Positions 21,645 through 34,350 of a DNA stretch of 64,000 nucleotides are shown piece after piece; the stretch's first letter is position 1, and the number at the start of each line of letters is the position of its first letter. A model generated the notes under the pieces. The model saw nothing but the letters and a program-made list of their open reading frames with translations, ran no database searches and was not told the DNA's origin. This DNA comes from Azolla caroliniana (taxonomy: Eukaryota > Plantae > Polypodiophyta). The DNA lies in NCBI GenBank assembly GCA_043228905.1, contig JBHGNT010000002.1, forward strand, positions 20,398,001 through 20,462,000, read 5' to 3'. The translations under genes were made by a program, and so were the position numbers.

Positions 21645-24437
21645 CAGTGCATTGCACGTCGAAGCCACAAGCCCATGCCAAAAACGCGTTCACCGAAACA
21701 CCATCGGCCTTCTCTTCTCTCATTGGTAAAAAATCCCTTGACCGGATCATTGCTCTACGATCGATAACTTCTTGCTCTATGTATCTTATCTGTCTCTCTT
21801 TCCTCCTTTGTCAGCGTTGATTTTGTCTTCTCTGCTTCGTTGTCTTTCTTTCTTCTTTCATTGTTTTCCTTTCTTGTCTTAGTTTTTCTTCCTTTGTGCT
21901 TTCCTTCTTCTCTTGTTGTGTGTTGTTTAAGATAAAAAAATTGTAATTCAATTCTTTATTCCTTTTAACAATAAATGATGTTTGGGGAAATCTTGATGCT
22001 TGTAATGGTGATTTAAGATGCACTTTAATATTGAATTGAAAATTAAAAGTTATATTATAACTAACTAGTCATATTGTTGAATGGTCAACTTGGAATACAT
22101 TAACTTCATCATGACGATATTGCCATGCACACCTTGGGAGCTTTACTTCCATTATCGTATCACAATTAAATTAAAATATCATTTCGTGCTCACAAATGTA
22201 AGCATGGCTTACAGTTAAACTATGCTTCTACATGCTCTATTTAAAGCTAGCCAAATCCTTGGAAAGGTCATTCCATATCTCTCTTCAAAACTTCATCATC
22301 AATACTTAGAATTCATCTCAATACTTATAGAAATGGCATCTAGATATAATGTTTCCTACATGAAGATGATGGTACTTATGGTGCTTCTAATGGTGACATG
22401 TGTTGCAGCAGAAAAGAAGGTGGTATTGAAGTACTACACACAACAACAACTTGGGGTAAATGAGTTTGGGATGGTCTCAGCAGTTGTTCCTCCGGCCAAA
22501 GGCACATTAACTGGTGTTGGCCTTCAAGTGGTTTATAACTACACATTAACCAAGACAGGAAACCCAACATCGCAAGTATTGGGATCCATTCGCGGCACCT
22601 CTGTGGTGGCCTCCAACACTGTCAATGCCACCTTTTTTGTTGTCAACACCGTTGTGCATTACGTTAATCCCAAGAAAGGTGGTCTAAAGGGTACTTTCAC
22701 CACACAAGGTGAGGCCGACTTTGGTAGTGGACAACCCTTCGAATTAGTCGTTACAGGCGGCACTGGTGACTTTCGTGGTGTGTATGGCTACACTGTCGCC
22801 AACAACTTCAAATTTACGCCACCTACTGGCAACTCAACTGCCAAGGTCACAAAATTTTATCGAACTAGCCTTTGGTGGCTCTAAATTATAGATGCTTGAA
22901 TTATTTTCCTTATTTCTAGGATTGATAAAAAAATACATGGCTTTAGGGAACTCTTTCTTTCATACCAATTAATATGAATTGGTGAATGCGTTGTCTTCCT
23001 ATATGTAGGAAGATTTATTTATTTATTTATTAATAATGAAACTTAATATCGTGGATCCTACAAAACCTTGCAAAGATCAATTTCTAGTTTGATTTCAATG
23101 ATGATAAATTATGTTACACAATGTTTCACTATACATGCAAGATGATTGTGTTCCATATTTGAGGATTCTCATTTCTTTTGTTTAAGCATGTGAATGTGCA
23201 ACAATAAACAATGGCGTATTGAACATTGGAATAAACCTCTCCCATTTATATACATTTGTTTTTTAACTCAAGAATGAAACCACTAATATATGTCCCACTA
23301 GATGGTTAACAAGATGGGGTATGGTGAGACCCATCAAACCACATTTTTCAACTCTACTCTAATCCAAAAAATCGGGTTTCCAATTACAATGTGAAGAAAT
23401 CCAAATGTCTCCCAATGTAAAGCACCACTTTACCAACCTCGAAAACCTTCTCCAAGTCCACATCAATCCACGGATGTTTGGTATTGGTTAATTTTCGTAG
23501 TTATAGATAGTATTTAGATAGTGAGAAAAACCTTCACCATGCACTTTTGAGGTATCTCTATCATTTTATGAGTCCGGATATACTAGCTCTTGGTATAGCA
23601 CGATGGTGAGTTGGCTACTTGCAAACGGCCTAGATATTAATAACCAACCTCCCCTTAGGCACAACGACATGATTGATAAAATTTTAATCTCTCATGTGAG
23701 GACCGTAATAAAGTAATAAAGCTTTTGAATTTTTTGTGAGCTACCCTTTTTTTTCGATTTTCCTTTTTCTTTTTCTTCCTATCTTCTTCTGTCTTTATCT
23801 CTTTCTTCTCTATTGTTATAGTTTGCGTTTTCTGTGTTTCTAATCTTCTTGTTTGCCAACTGCATTTGGCGCTACATATTGTTCCTTGATTTTCTTTGTC
23901 TTGTTATCTATTCCTATTAGGTGTCTTCGTCTGTAGGGGAGGAGGAGGAGAATGAATTTTGCATCACTTTTTGCTCTTGGTCTGTGTCTGTGTCTCTCTT
24001 TCGTCCTTTGTTAGCGTTGATTGTGTCTTCTCTCCTTGGATGTTTTTCTTTCTTTCTTTCCTTGTTTTCCTTTCTTCACTATGTTTTTCTTCATGTATGC
24101 TTTCCTTCTTCTCTTTGTTGTGTGTTGTTGTTCCTCTTCGTTTCTTTTGTCTTTGTGTTCTCATCTCCTCTTGCAGCAACCACTGCATCTTCCATGGCTC
24201 GAACTACTTCTTCATTTTCTTGTTCTTTATTTTCTTTTGTTGTGGATTTTGTCTGCCCCGAATTTCTGTCCGTCGACCGTCTAGCCGGCTATCTGTGGCC
24301 TTCGTCGTCTGTCCTTTTGCCGCCTTTCTAGGTAGTCGCCATTTGCGGCTGTCTATCTCTCGGCCAGCTTTCCCTTGGCCATCTCGCAACTGCACTCTCG
24401 AACGACAATCCCTTGGCCATCTCACGACTCTCACTCA
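21645..24437. repeat. Segmental duplication copy 2 (dirigent gene block)
   Basis: Aligns with 8407-11190 at an offset of ~13.24 kb. Confidence 0.95.
22333..22884 (+). CDS. Secreted dirigent-domain protein, paralog 2 (183 aa from the ATG at 22333)
   Basis: Differs from the 9095-9646 protein at 6 residues by eye (F>S, K>E, V>L, N>D, A>V, I>L). The upstream ATG at 22222 precedes the TATA box and is not open in copy 1. Confidence 0.88.
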   Translation: MASRYNVSYMKMMVLMVLLMVTCVAAEKKVVLKYYTQQQLGVNEFGMVSAVVPPAKGTLTGVGLQVVYNYTLTKTGNPTSQVLGSIRGTSVVASNTVNATFFVVNTVVHYVNPKKGGLKGTFTTQGEADFGSGQPFELVVTGGTGDFRGVYGYTVANNFKFTPPTGNSTAKVTKFYRTSLWWL

Positions 24438-24454
24438 ATTGACTGGATGGGATC

Positions 24455-24966
24455 TGGATGAGTTGTATCGGACGAGCTGAAGGAAGGATGCGGACCAGAT
24501 GGGTCTGGAAGGTATCCGGATACCAGATTTGATGGATCCAGAAGGAGTCCGGCCAGATCCGATATGAACCAACAAATACAAACATATTAGTAAATATGTT
24601 CAGACATGACCGTTGATGTGATATTTGTTAATAGCCCCAAAGTTATATAAGTATAAATATAACTAGGAAATATTGTTATGTATAGTTGTTATCATTATCG
24701 TTGTACAGAGAGAGAGAGAGAGAGAGAGAGAGATACCGAAAGTAATTTCTATTGTAACCGCCGGTTGGCGAAGACAATGAACTCGAGGTCGTTGCCTCTG
24801 AGTCTCTTACTGTAATGCCTTCTCTCTATAGTGATAGTTGGAGTTTGTGGGCTCCCGTGGTTTTTTCTCAATTAGGGTTTTCCATGTTAATATACCTTGT
24901 CTTCTTATTTCTATGTTTTTTCTTCCATTGAGTGAGTCAGACTCCCAAGCACTATTCCGCACAACA
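24455..24966 (+). mobile_element. 5'-truncated Copia LTR (same family as 15402)
   Basis: Aligns with 15425-15690; ends ccgcacaaca; contains the gtggttttt...gggttttcca.gt motif seen in the other Copia LTRs. Confidence 0.8.
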
Positions 24967-24969
24967 AGT

Positions 24970-25755
24970 TCTTTGGCAATCTCCTAAGAATTCTTTAAGA
25001 GAGAAGGTTGCGTACACGCTAACACGTATAGCATACCACTAAGAAAGGCAAGCATTATCATCACAAAATACTCACCGGGGATGGAGTTTGTGCCACCTTG
25101 ACGCCTTTCCAGGTAGGTAAAAGGTTCTTGGCTGCTTTAGCACATTACTTAGTTGTGCTTTAATTCACTATCACACCCTGTTGAAACTGGACGATTTTGC
25201 TTTGGGGTTCGACGTGCAAGGCATTGTCCCATGGGCGTGCCAAGTGTTATCCGTGGGACAAAGGGCATGAGTGTGAAACGGATCTAAAGAAATGAGTCGG
25301 TAAAGTTGGTGAAAAGGAGAATTGACTAAGCATGAAGGGTGGTAGATAAGCGGAATATGCTCAAACGAGAATGGAGGCAGAAAGCGGGAGGTGTGGTTGG
25401 AGAGCACCAAGAGGAAACAGAAACTATAAAAGCAAGCAACAACAACAGGAAGGGGATGCGCAGTATAGAGGGAGAGATCTGTATACATTGTAAAAGAGAG
25501 AGAGAGAGAGAGAGAGCACTTATATCATTGGTCTGCCGGTCGTGAGCCGTGTAAACATTGTTGTAGTAAAGCTATAATATGTACGTTGCTGGGTCAATCT
25601 TTTAGTGTCAATTAAGTGATCTTTGTGCTCATTCTATCCTAGTTTTAATCGTAAGTCCGGTTGTGGTTGGCCATTTTCATAGTCAATCGGTCTGTTCGGC
25701 CCCATCTTTCCTTCCTACGTAACCACAATTCCTTGACCCGATCACCCAGGAAGTA
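24970..25755 (+). mobile_element. 3' internal end and 3' LTR (from 25245) of an Athila/Tat-like Gypsy
   Basis: tRNA-like junction motif at 25203-25242, then TGTTATCC; TATA ctataaaa at ~25424; right boundary uncertain. Confidence 0.6.
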
Positions 25756-25759
25756 ATTG

Positions 25760-28700
25760 AAGGTGTATCTCCAAAGAAGAGATAACAATTATTATTTGGT
25801 AATTATTATGAGTGGTGGCTATTGAAGAGTCATTAATAGAATATTCTATTCTTACGCCGCTCTATCTCAAGTTACAGACCACTTTCACACAAAAACCTTT
25901 TTAGTTTGTTTTCCTTACAGAGAAAAACATAGAGAAGCCCTCGTATACAGAAAACCACAGGAAAACAAAGCGACGCATACAAAAGCACAATCGAACAGAG
26001 AAAGAAGCAGAGTAGCACAGACAAACAACCTACATCCATAGAGAAAACTTTGATTGTCTTATTCCTACATAGAAGACAGTGGGCTCGTAGACGATGAAGA
26101 ACAACAAGAAAACATGTTGATTCAAGTTTCGAAGCACCTGCGTAACTGACTATAGACCAACGGGTTGGAAGGATACCTTCAGGTAGCATATGCCGAACCT
26201 CACCCATAGGCAGGGGAAATAATGAAACGGATCAATGTCGACAAGATTGCCAACAAATAGGCCCGTTGAATCTTGAAGTTGAAAAATGAGGGATATAATG
26301 AGATGGATGCAGTCGAGTCGGAGGTCCTACACTCCTATTTTGGTAAATATTCCCCATCAGCCAAAGGTTATAGGACACGAGGTAATGATGTGTTCTTTCA
26401 TGATGTGGCAAATTTTTTGTTGGAAGTGGCTTGCGTCAGCCCAAGATTGTACTGCATGCCCAAACGGAGGGCCGATTTTATCATTGCAACATAAGAGGGC
26501 GAAGAAAATCGACTGGGGATGGATTACAGGGATCGGGCTCTGAGAACAAGTACATGGGGTTTAGAAGGGAAAACCCATGAAGCCGATTTTTGCACGATGG
26601 CTAACTATATTGTGCCCCACCCCAAGAATGGAAAATGGGCAGTCATCACAGGCATTGCCACAACAATCTACAAGAAGAACAATATTAATTAGACCACAAG
26701 AAGAGTGGTAAGAACCGGAGACGACATTGAACACCCCACAACAACCACCTAGTACGGAGGCACAAGATCCAAAGACCAAGCAAGGAACAACCCGAGCACA
26801 AGATCTAAAGACATAGCAAGGAATCGGTCAGCTTCACAACAAGCCGACAAAAGATGGTGAAAATCAAGTAGTTTCTAAGAAAAAATGACAAACTGATGAG
26901 CAAGTCATACCGAAGAAAAAGAGTCGACCAAAGTAGTTGGCCAACTGAAAGCAACAGGAAGAAGCACCAACAAGCACTTCCAAATTGGTCAACATTGTTC
27001 ATAAAGCTACAATGGAGAAGGGGAAAGTGTCTGAAATTTCACCCAATGAAGTCCTATCGATGCCCGACATTCTACCAACGGCCCATGAATTCGCGGTCGT
27101 ACTACAATTCGGCACTTCATATGAGCTGCTCGACTGGTTAGCCAAGCGCCTACAATTCGCTTCAGATCAATTGGCACAAGAACATAATGATTGGGAGATG
27201 ATCCAGTGAGCCATGTTAGGTGCACTAGAGCTGGAGGAGGAAAGAGAATTGTAGTGAATCGACCGGCAACACGACGCCAAAAACAAAGGTATGGTGATTC
27301 AAATGCCTCCTCTAAGTACAACTCTAGTAGAAGTCCATCAAGAACTAGCTAAAACCACTCGGGAAGCGAAAGAGATCTACAAAGTCTGTAAACGAGCAAC
27401 AAAAGTGTCTGACCAAATGCACACGGAATGGTTGGCAGTCAAAAAGACCAATGAAGAATTACGACCCGACTCCAACAAGCCAAAGAGAATCTAAGAGAAG
27501 CAAAGGAATGTCTCCAAACAAGCAACAATTATGGGATCCCACATGTACCAAACCGACAGTTATGGGATCAACTACAGGAAATAGAGAAGTTAGTGGAACA
27601 CACCAACATGAGGGTAGAAGTAGCCGAAACAAAAGTAAAACGAATGAAAGACCGACTGCAGATGGCCCAAAGACAACTTGAAGCCACGTTTAAGGCCAAA
27701 CAGGAAGAGATAGATGACCTTAATCACCAACTAAAGCAACAGATTATTGATTTGAAGGACGAACAAGAGAAGAGAGAAGAAATCGAGCTATAAGTTAAGC
27801 TACAAGAGGAAACATATGCGGATTACATTGCTAATATCCAAATGGAAAACAACGAAATAACGAAATAATGACAATGAATTGGTGGAGAAGTATGAACAAA
27901 AGCGAACTGCATTGTTGGTGGCTGGGGCGAAACTACAATTTGACTAGGGCTCGATAGCAAATCGACTCGTCGACTTGTAGAAGGAAATGACCAGCCTGAA
28001 ATACAAACTCAGCATGGGGGAGCAAAAAGTGTGCCTCATATTATCTAGGCACAAAGACAAGTTGCATCAAATGGTTGCCAACTCCCTGGACAAGGGTTGG
28101 AAGACGTGGTCGATTCAGGCTGCCAAATTACAATTGTTAAGAATCGACCACGAGAACAGGAAAAAGCAAGGTCAGGGTTTCTTCAAAGTGGATGAAGCGG
28201 AGATAACCAAGATACGAGAAGAGCAAGCTAATGACATTTATGAGCTTTGAACGCACCACAAGGAAGAGATCACCAACTTGCTGGAAGAATACGACGACCA
28301 ACAAATAGCAGTACCAGTGGAGCTTGATGCCTATAAGAAGGAATGTCGTCAACAAGAAGGAGAACTGGAGGAAGACAACGATGTTGAACCGACCGAGCAA
28401 GAGTTTGGTCAAACGATACCAATTAGTAGCTCGAACCAAGAGATAGAGCAAGAAGGTGGGGAGCAAGAGGAGGTAGAGTCAACAGTGCTTCCAGAGCAAT
28501 CACAACACACCGACAGTTAGCACGCTCCGACTTATAATGTAGATAAAGAAGAGGAGGAGCCGACTTTGTTTGACATACTCAATGATAACACGAGTGACAT
28601 GGAAGAAGACGACCCGACTGACAACGAGCGGGGAGCTGACAATACTGAGGAGGACGACTAGGGCTAAGGGTGGGGTTAGACAGTGCAAGGCACTGTCCCA

Positions 28701-29174
28701 TAGGCATGCCATGTGTTAGTTGGTCGGCTACCCAAACAGTAAAGGTCGGAGTCAGAGTCGGAGTCGGACAAGTGGGAAAGGACAGAATTTGAATTGTAAT
28801 TTTTGCCAAGGAGAAAAACTAGAGTAATTTAGAAAGTAGGACAATTAGCATAACTGTAGGTTCTTGCCGAACAGACAAGTGTAATATCTTGGAGAAGTCT
28901 CCCAGGTTTCCTATAAAAAGGGACTGATAACATTGTATTGTTATTGATCTAAATTAGTATTAATATAAGTTTTGTAGTTAGAGTATTTACTTGGTTGACT
29001 ACTCTGTCATTTCTCTATCTATTACTGTAGCGGATGTTCTGTTGATTCTATACTATACACATTTATATTTATAACCAATAGTCAATCATAGTTTATGGTG
29101 TAATCTTATTGTATAAGTTCTAAGTAACCTATGTTTACAATGAGTTCTGATTAAGTAATTAGTATTGACAAACA
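25760..29174 (+). mobile_element. Athila/Tat-like Gypsy 3' region: degenerate extra ORF (~26040-28660) and 3' LTR (28714-~29174)
   Basis: YFGKYSPSAKGYRT, KKIDWG, LQFGTSYELLDWLA and GQGFFKVD match the extra ORF at 18169-21105; LTR TGTTAG with cctataaaa at ~28910. Confidence 0.8.
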
Positions 29175-29576
29175 CCATATCTCCATCCACAATCATCTTC
29201 AGAGAATGTTTTAGAAGTAGAACGTTTGACCCACTATGTCTATCGGTTGTCGGCAGGAACAACAGGGAGAGTTGAATCATATGAAGGCCATATGTTAGCC
29301 GGTAAGGTGAGAGTCGAACAAGTATGGAAGCGTTGGAGTCACCAATGTTCGGAGAAACATGGAGTCGGAGTCAGATCGATGAGGCAGATCCATGAGTCGG
29401 CATTTTGCCGACTAATTAAAACGTCTTGGATAACTTGGCAAGTGCCAACATACTACAGACTCTCTCCATTACGGTCCGGTTCATCTTTTGAGGAGGACAG
29501 AAGAACACCAGCCCTGGAAACTGTTGAGCAGACAAGCTCAACCGGATCCGGATCGGTATCCGGAACGGAGAACCAG

Positions 29577-31300
29577 TGTCGTGATGTCGCATGTTTAGTG
29601 CGAGAAAAAGTCAAAAAGTGAAGATACACACACATTTCCCAAATACTTGTCAAAATGAAAATAAATCAATAATAAATAAACCTAAGGCCTAATGGCATTG
29701 AGTGCATATAGAGGGGTGCAAGTAAGATGTGAACCTTGCACCTCCAAGATAAGAGACAATTAACTTACCACTAGAGCTACTATTGAATACTTTTGATTTT
29801 GTATATTTCTTTATTATATTCAGAGTTCCATACGAAACAACCATACAAAACCATGTGCCCAAAACCATGGTTTTCAGCCCATGGTCTTGTGCATGCCACA
29901 AAAAAAACCATGGGTTCAAGCCCATGGTTTTGTACATGTTAGAAGCATGGATAGACCTATAAAAACCCTCGTAAGGCTTGTGTAGGGAGGGGGGGTCAAT
30001 TTGGAGATCATCATCATCATCAATAATATAAGCTTCTATTCTTCTTCTTTGCATCTATCTTTTTCTTATTTATCTACTTCTCAAGTGTGCAATCTTCGAT
30101 CTTCTCAACTGTAATAGTGTTTCCTCGACTCTTAAAATTGACATCGTCCTCTTTACAATAACTTGGTGAATGTCCTCCTTGGTCCAAGACCCTAACGGTC
30201 CTACTCAAATAGCACACGCGCACACGAATCTTTGCGACATCATTTGGTGAACCCGACGTGAAGAGCGATGGGGGAGGATGAAGATAGAAGAGGAATATCT
30301 CATGAAGGCAATGTCAAAGATGATGATGGATTTTTCGAGAGAAGGAAAAGGGAAAAGACAAGATGCGGCCCAACAAGCCGTGAAAAGCGTGGTCGAGCGA
30401 GTCCGTAGTTTCAACGGGGGCAAAGTCCAAATTTTTCTAAAGGCCTACAATGCCGAAATGGATTCGAGAGGTGTGAATGAAGCAATGAGGCTGGAGTACT
30501 TTTGTCAAGTGGTGGCCGAACCAATCTACGAAGAGATGAAAGAACTTCAAAAAGCTTAAGATTCGTGGGTGTCCTTCGAAGAAGCTTTACGAGAGGCATA
30601 TGGTTATGAAGAGCCGAAGGGACGAGGTCTATATGAGTTTGACCAGTGGGTGTCATCGAGGAAGACCCACTAGAGTGTTATGCATGCATTTGTTGAGTTT
30701 GACTGTCGTTTTTCTCAACTCTCGAAGCAGGAACAAAGATTGATGGGGGTGGATAAGGTCTTGTTGTTCATGAAGTCGATCGATCGAAGGGAAAGAATGG
30801 TCATTGGACTCAAACTCGAAGAAGATTATGGTGGAAATGGCCTCATCGAGGATTGGACCAAAGTGGAAAGAGTATGCTGACTACATGACAAGAGGAAGAT
30901 GAGAGTCTCATCGGCAACAACACAACCCACGAGGGATGGTGAAAGGAGGACAGGATGCGACTACACACTACCACCTAAAGAAGAGAGCTTGAAGAGAGAA
31001 GGTTTGAAAATAACAACGTTGAGGCGAAGATGGATATGGATGAGTCGATGGCGTATGCCATGTAGAGACTTTCCTAACACTTCATCTAGAAACTTCGGCA
31101 GTTGTGCTCAAGAGCCAACATAATACCGGAGAGATAGAAGGTGGTGGCGAGGAGATGAGGGTCGAAGCCAACACATATGGAGGAATGGTGGCCAAACAAG
31201 GAGGCCAAGAACAAAGCTACAATAGAGTTCGATGAAGAACCAGAAAGTGGCAAGAAAGGAAAAACTAGATGTCAATCCGAATGGAAGATAACATGGTTGG
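29577..31300 (+). mobile_element. 5' end of a tRNA-Trp-primed Gypsy: LTR 29577-30239, PBS 30245-30262, degenerate gag
   Basis: TGTCGTGA...TGCGACA; PBS TGGTGAACCCGACGTGAA is complementary to the plant tRNA-Trp 3' end as I recall it; gag FNGGKVQIFLKAYNAEM...DKVLLFMKSID. Confidence 0.85.
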
Positions 31301-31614
31301 TATTCCGAACCCGAACGGAAGCCGACCTGGACGGGAGCTGATCAACCAGGCCTGACCCAACTGAAACCCAATCCGATCAAACCCGATTGGTCAGACTTGA
31401 TATAGAAGGGAGTAGACTGGCTTGAAGCCGATCGTCTGAGTCCGATTCGGATGAATGCGAATCCGGACGAAGGTTGACCAAACCAGAAGCTGATTGGTCG
31501 AGACCGATCCAGACAGAAGTTGAGCCTGCCTAGCCAAAGGTTGAAGCAGACGAGTTGCGACAACCGGTCAAGGCTGGTGAGCATGAGGAAAGGCAAGCAT
31601 GAGATGCAAAAGGA

Positions 31615-32918
31615 CACAAGGGAGTCATAGATCTCCTTCATTTGGGCTATATAGTCAGCCACAAACATGTCTTTTTGTCGGACATTGCTCAACTCTTGTT
31701 TGAGTTGCAGCTTTCGGGCTATGGTGCTCACAACGAAAACCCTTTTTAGGTTCGTCCATGCTTCCTTTGGTGTCTTGGTATCCCGGATGTGGCTGAGTAG
31801 CTTGTTTGCGATGCAATACATTACCTTGCTTGCCACTTGTTTCCAAGCTAGAAAGTCCTTGTGTGTCGCATCCAGTGCTGCAACGTTAGCTCCATCGACA
31901 TAACTCTAATATCCATGTCCGAACAGGTACCTATGCATCTTGTACGACCAAGATGCATAGTTGCTTCTGTCGAATGTCTCCTCGAAAGGGAACTAACCAT
32001 TCCTCTATCCATTTTCTTTGTTGTTTTTTCTTACTGGGTGTTAGGTCTTGGTTTGTTTCGAAAGCTCTTGTCGGCAACAGAGGATGTTCTAACCCTCCCG
32101 CTCTGATACCATGTAAAGAGTTACGTGCGGAAGCGTGGACACAACCAGTTGAGTTGGACAGCAACAGACAATACACATGTTTAATGGGAACGATAGAGAC
32201 ACAAGGGTTTAGAGCTCTAGTGCAAACTTTGTTAAAAGAGAGACCCAAGGAGGACGAAGAACTATCATAGTCACCAAAAGGTGACTTTTATAGGTTTTTA
32301 CAATAAGGATGGGCTCCTTTCACATTAGAGTGGCCATTTGGCTACAAGTAGCAATCGACAATAGTTCATTCAAACTGAACCGAACCACGAAACTATGGCG
32401 TAACGACTTAACAGTTTAAACGGTTCGGTTCAGGTTCAACGGTTCAGTTTTCGTTAGGGGGTTTACTGATCTGGTTCAGTTTGCCTTAACAATTTTCGGT
32501 TTAATGGTTTAAATTCGCAATTTAAATAGTTTGACGATATAGTATTGACACTCAATAATTTTCGTAAATATTTTTTAGAATATTTTAAGCCTAATCTTGA
32601 TCTTTTTTAAAAAATCTTTAAATTTTGAAATTTCGAAAATTTAAAACTTTTTAAAATCATATGTGAAATTTTGAACTTTACCCTGACTTAAATGAAAACT
32701 GAACCGCAAACCAAGGTTTTAATGGTTTAAAGGTTTGAAAGTCTCTTAAATTGTTTGCGTTGAGCTTGAATTTTTTATAACAGTTCGGTTTAATAGGTTT
32801 CATGGTTCTGTTTGGTCCAGTTCAAGTTTCAATTTTTTAAACGGTTTGAGTTTGACACTCTCGAACCAAATTGAACCATTGCCGATTGTTAGCTACAAGC
32901 TTTTAGGTGAGATTTACA
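31615..32918 (-). mobile_element. 5' end of a short-LTR Ty1/Copia: LTR 32112-32918 (interrupted by a MITE), iMet PBS, gag fragment
   Basis: PBS TGGTATCAGAGC at 32111-32100; gag TPKEAWTNLK...ARKLQLKQELSNVRQ. Confidence 0.85.
32349..32891. mobile_element. hAT-type MITE
   Basis: Imperfect 20-bp TIRs (tagcaatcgacaatagttca / tgaaccattgccgattgtta), exact 8-bp TSD GCTACAAG (32341-32348, 32892-32899), many subterminal aaccg/cggtt motifs. Confidence 0.9.
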
Positions 32919-33013
32919 CTATCCCCCTTTTACATCCTTGATGCTAGTGTCTTCATGATTATTGTCCCTAATGGCAAATCCTTGACAATATTATTGTTGC
33001 ATAACTATATTAG

Positions 33014-33337
33014 CTATTAGCCATAACTAAATAGCTAATAGGTAACTAATAACTATGGTTCCTAATAGCACCGACTATTATTTCTCTCATAGTTGTTAGG
33101 GTTATCGTTTAATAAGTTTGTTTCTAGACAAAAGTTTCAAAAAAGTTGAACATTAGAACTTATTTAAGCCTATCTATTAGCCATAACTAAATAGCTAATA
33201 GGTAACTAATAATTATGGTTCCTAATAGCACCGACTATTACTTCTCTCATAGTTGTTAGGGTTATAGTTTAATAAGTTTGTTTCCAGACAAAAGTTTCAA
33301 AAAAATCGAACATTAGAACTTATTTAAGCCTATCTAT
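33014..33337. repeat. Tandem duplication, 2 x 160 bp, AT-rich
   Basis: ctattagccataactaaatagc... starts at 33014 and 33174; few substitutions. Confidence 0.9.
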
Positions 33338-34350
33338 GAAACAATATCAAATATGGAAAACCAATGTTGAGCTTATGAAAAACTAGCTATCGTGTTATGT
33401 TTTGTTAGAGGAAAGGCAATGAGTCCAATTCAATAATATGTATGACCCATTTGCATCAACATACCAAAAACATTAAAACATATCAATTTGGAATGCCACA
33501 TGCGCCAGAAACATTAAGAATGCCCCATTCTCCTCTACACAAGCACAAAACCAAACTTGTGGAAGATAAAATAGTGGACCAAAACAAGATGCATCTTACT
33601 TAATCTCGTAGAACAATATCTTTCTCAAATTGGGCAATTTTGTCACCTTGTTATTCGACGTTAAAACAGTGGGTCTTCGCACAATTCACATAAGATTGTT
33701 TTCCTATTTGTGCAATATTGGGGATTGCAATATATTTAGGATATGTGCAATGCTTTCGAATTTGAAAGTAGGCATGTAGTTAGAGCATATCTACCAAAGT
33801 TGAAGGCAGTATTGATTGGGTAGTTATGTTTATTGGATCAAGTCAAATTTGTTTCCTCGTTAGAGTGTTTTGTCTTGCATATTTTCAATTCAACATGTCC
33901 CACACCTTTTGTAATGGTGACATCACCAAGTTGTGGTATCATTGTAGTGTTTCTCATACACAATTATTTATATAATTGTGTGTTTCCTCAAGAGATAGCG
34001 AGAGATTGATTCAAATGTTGTTTTATTTAATGCATGCTCATTACATAAACTTAAATGAACTTTTATTTAACACAAGATAATTACATTGACTTTATATTAT
34101 TAAATTTTTTTATAAGACGACAACCAAGAATAGTAAAATTTATGTTGTAACTTATATGATGAGAGATCAATTGAAACGGGCTTTTATTTAACCTCACAAC
34201 ATAATTACATCAACTTTGTAGGGTCATTTTTTTAAGATGATCAAGTAATTCATCAAAGATGGAAAAATCAATGTTTGTCAAGCTTATATATATGGCAGAT
34301 CAAAAGTGGGGTAAATGCATGTTGGGGTTAAGGCTTTGTATATATGATCC

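Noticed and set aside
22222-22332. 37-aa N-terminal extension of dirigent paralog 2
   Set aside because: The ATG lies upstream of the TATA box, the same frame has a stop in copy 1 (tga at ~9047), and the extension would mask the signal peptide.
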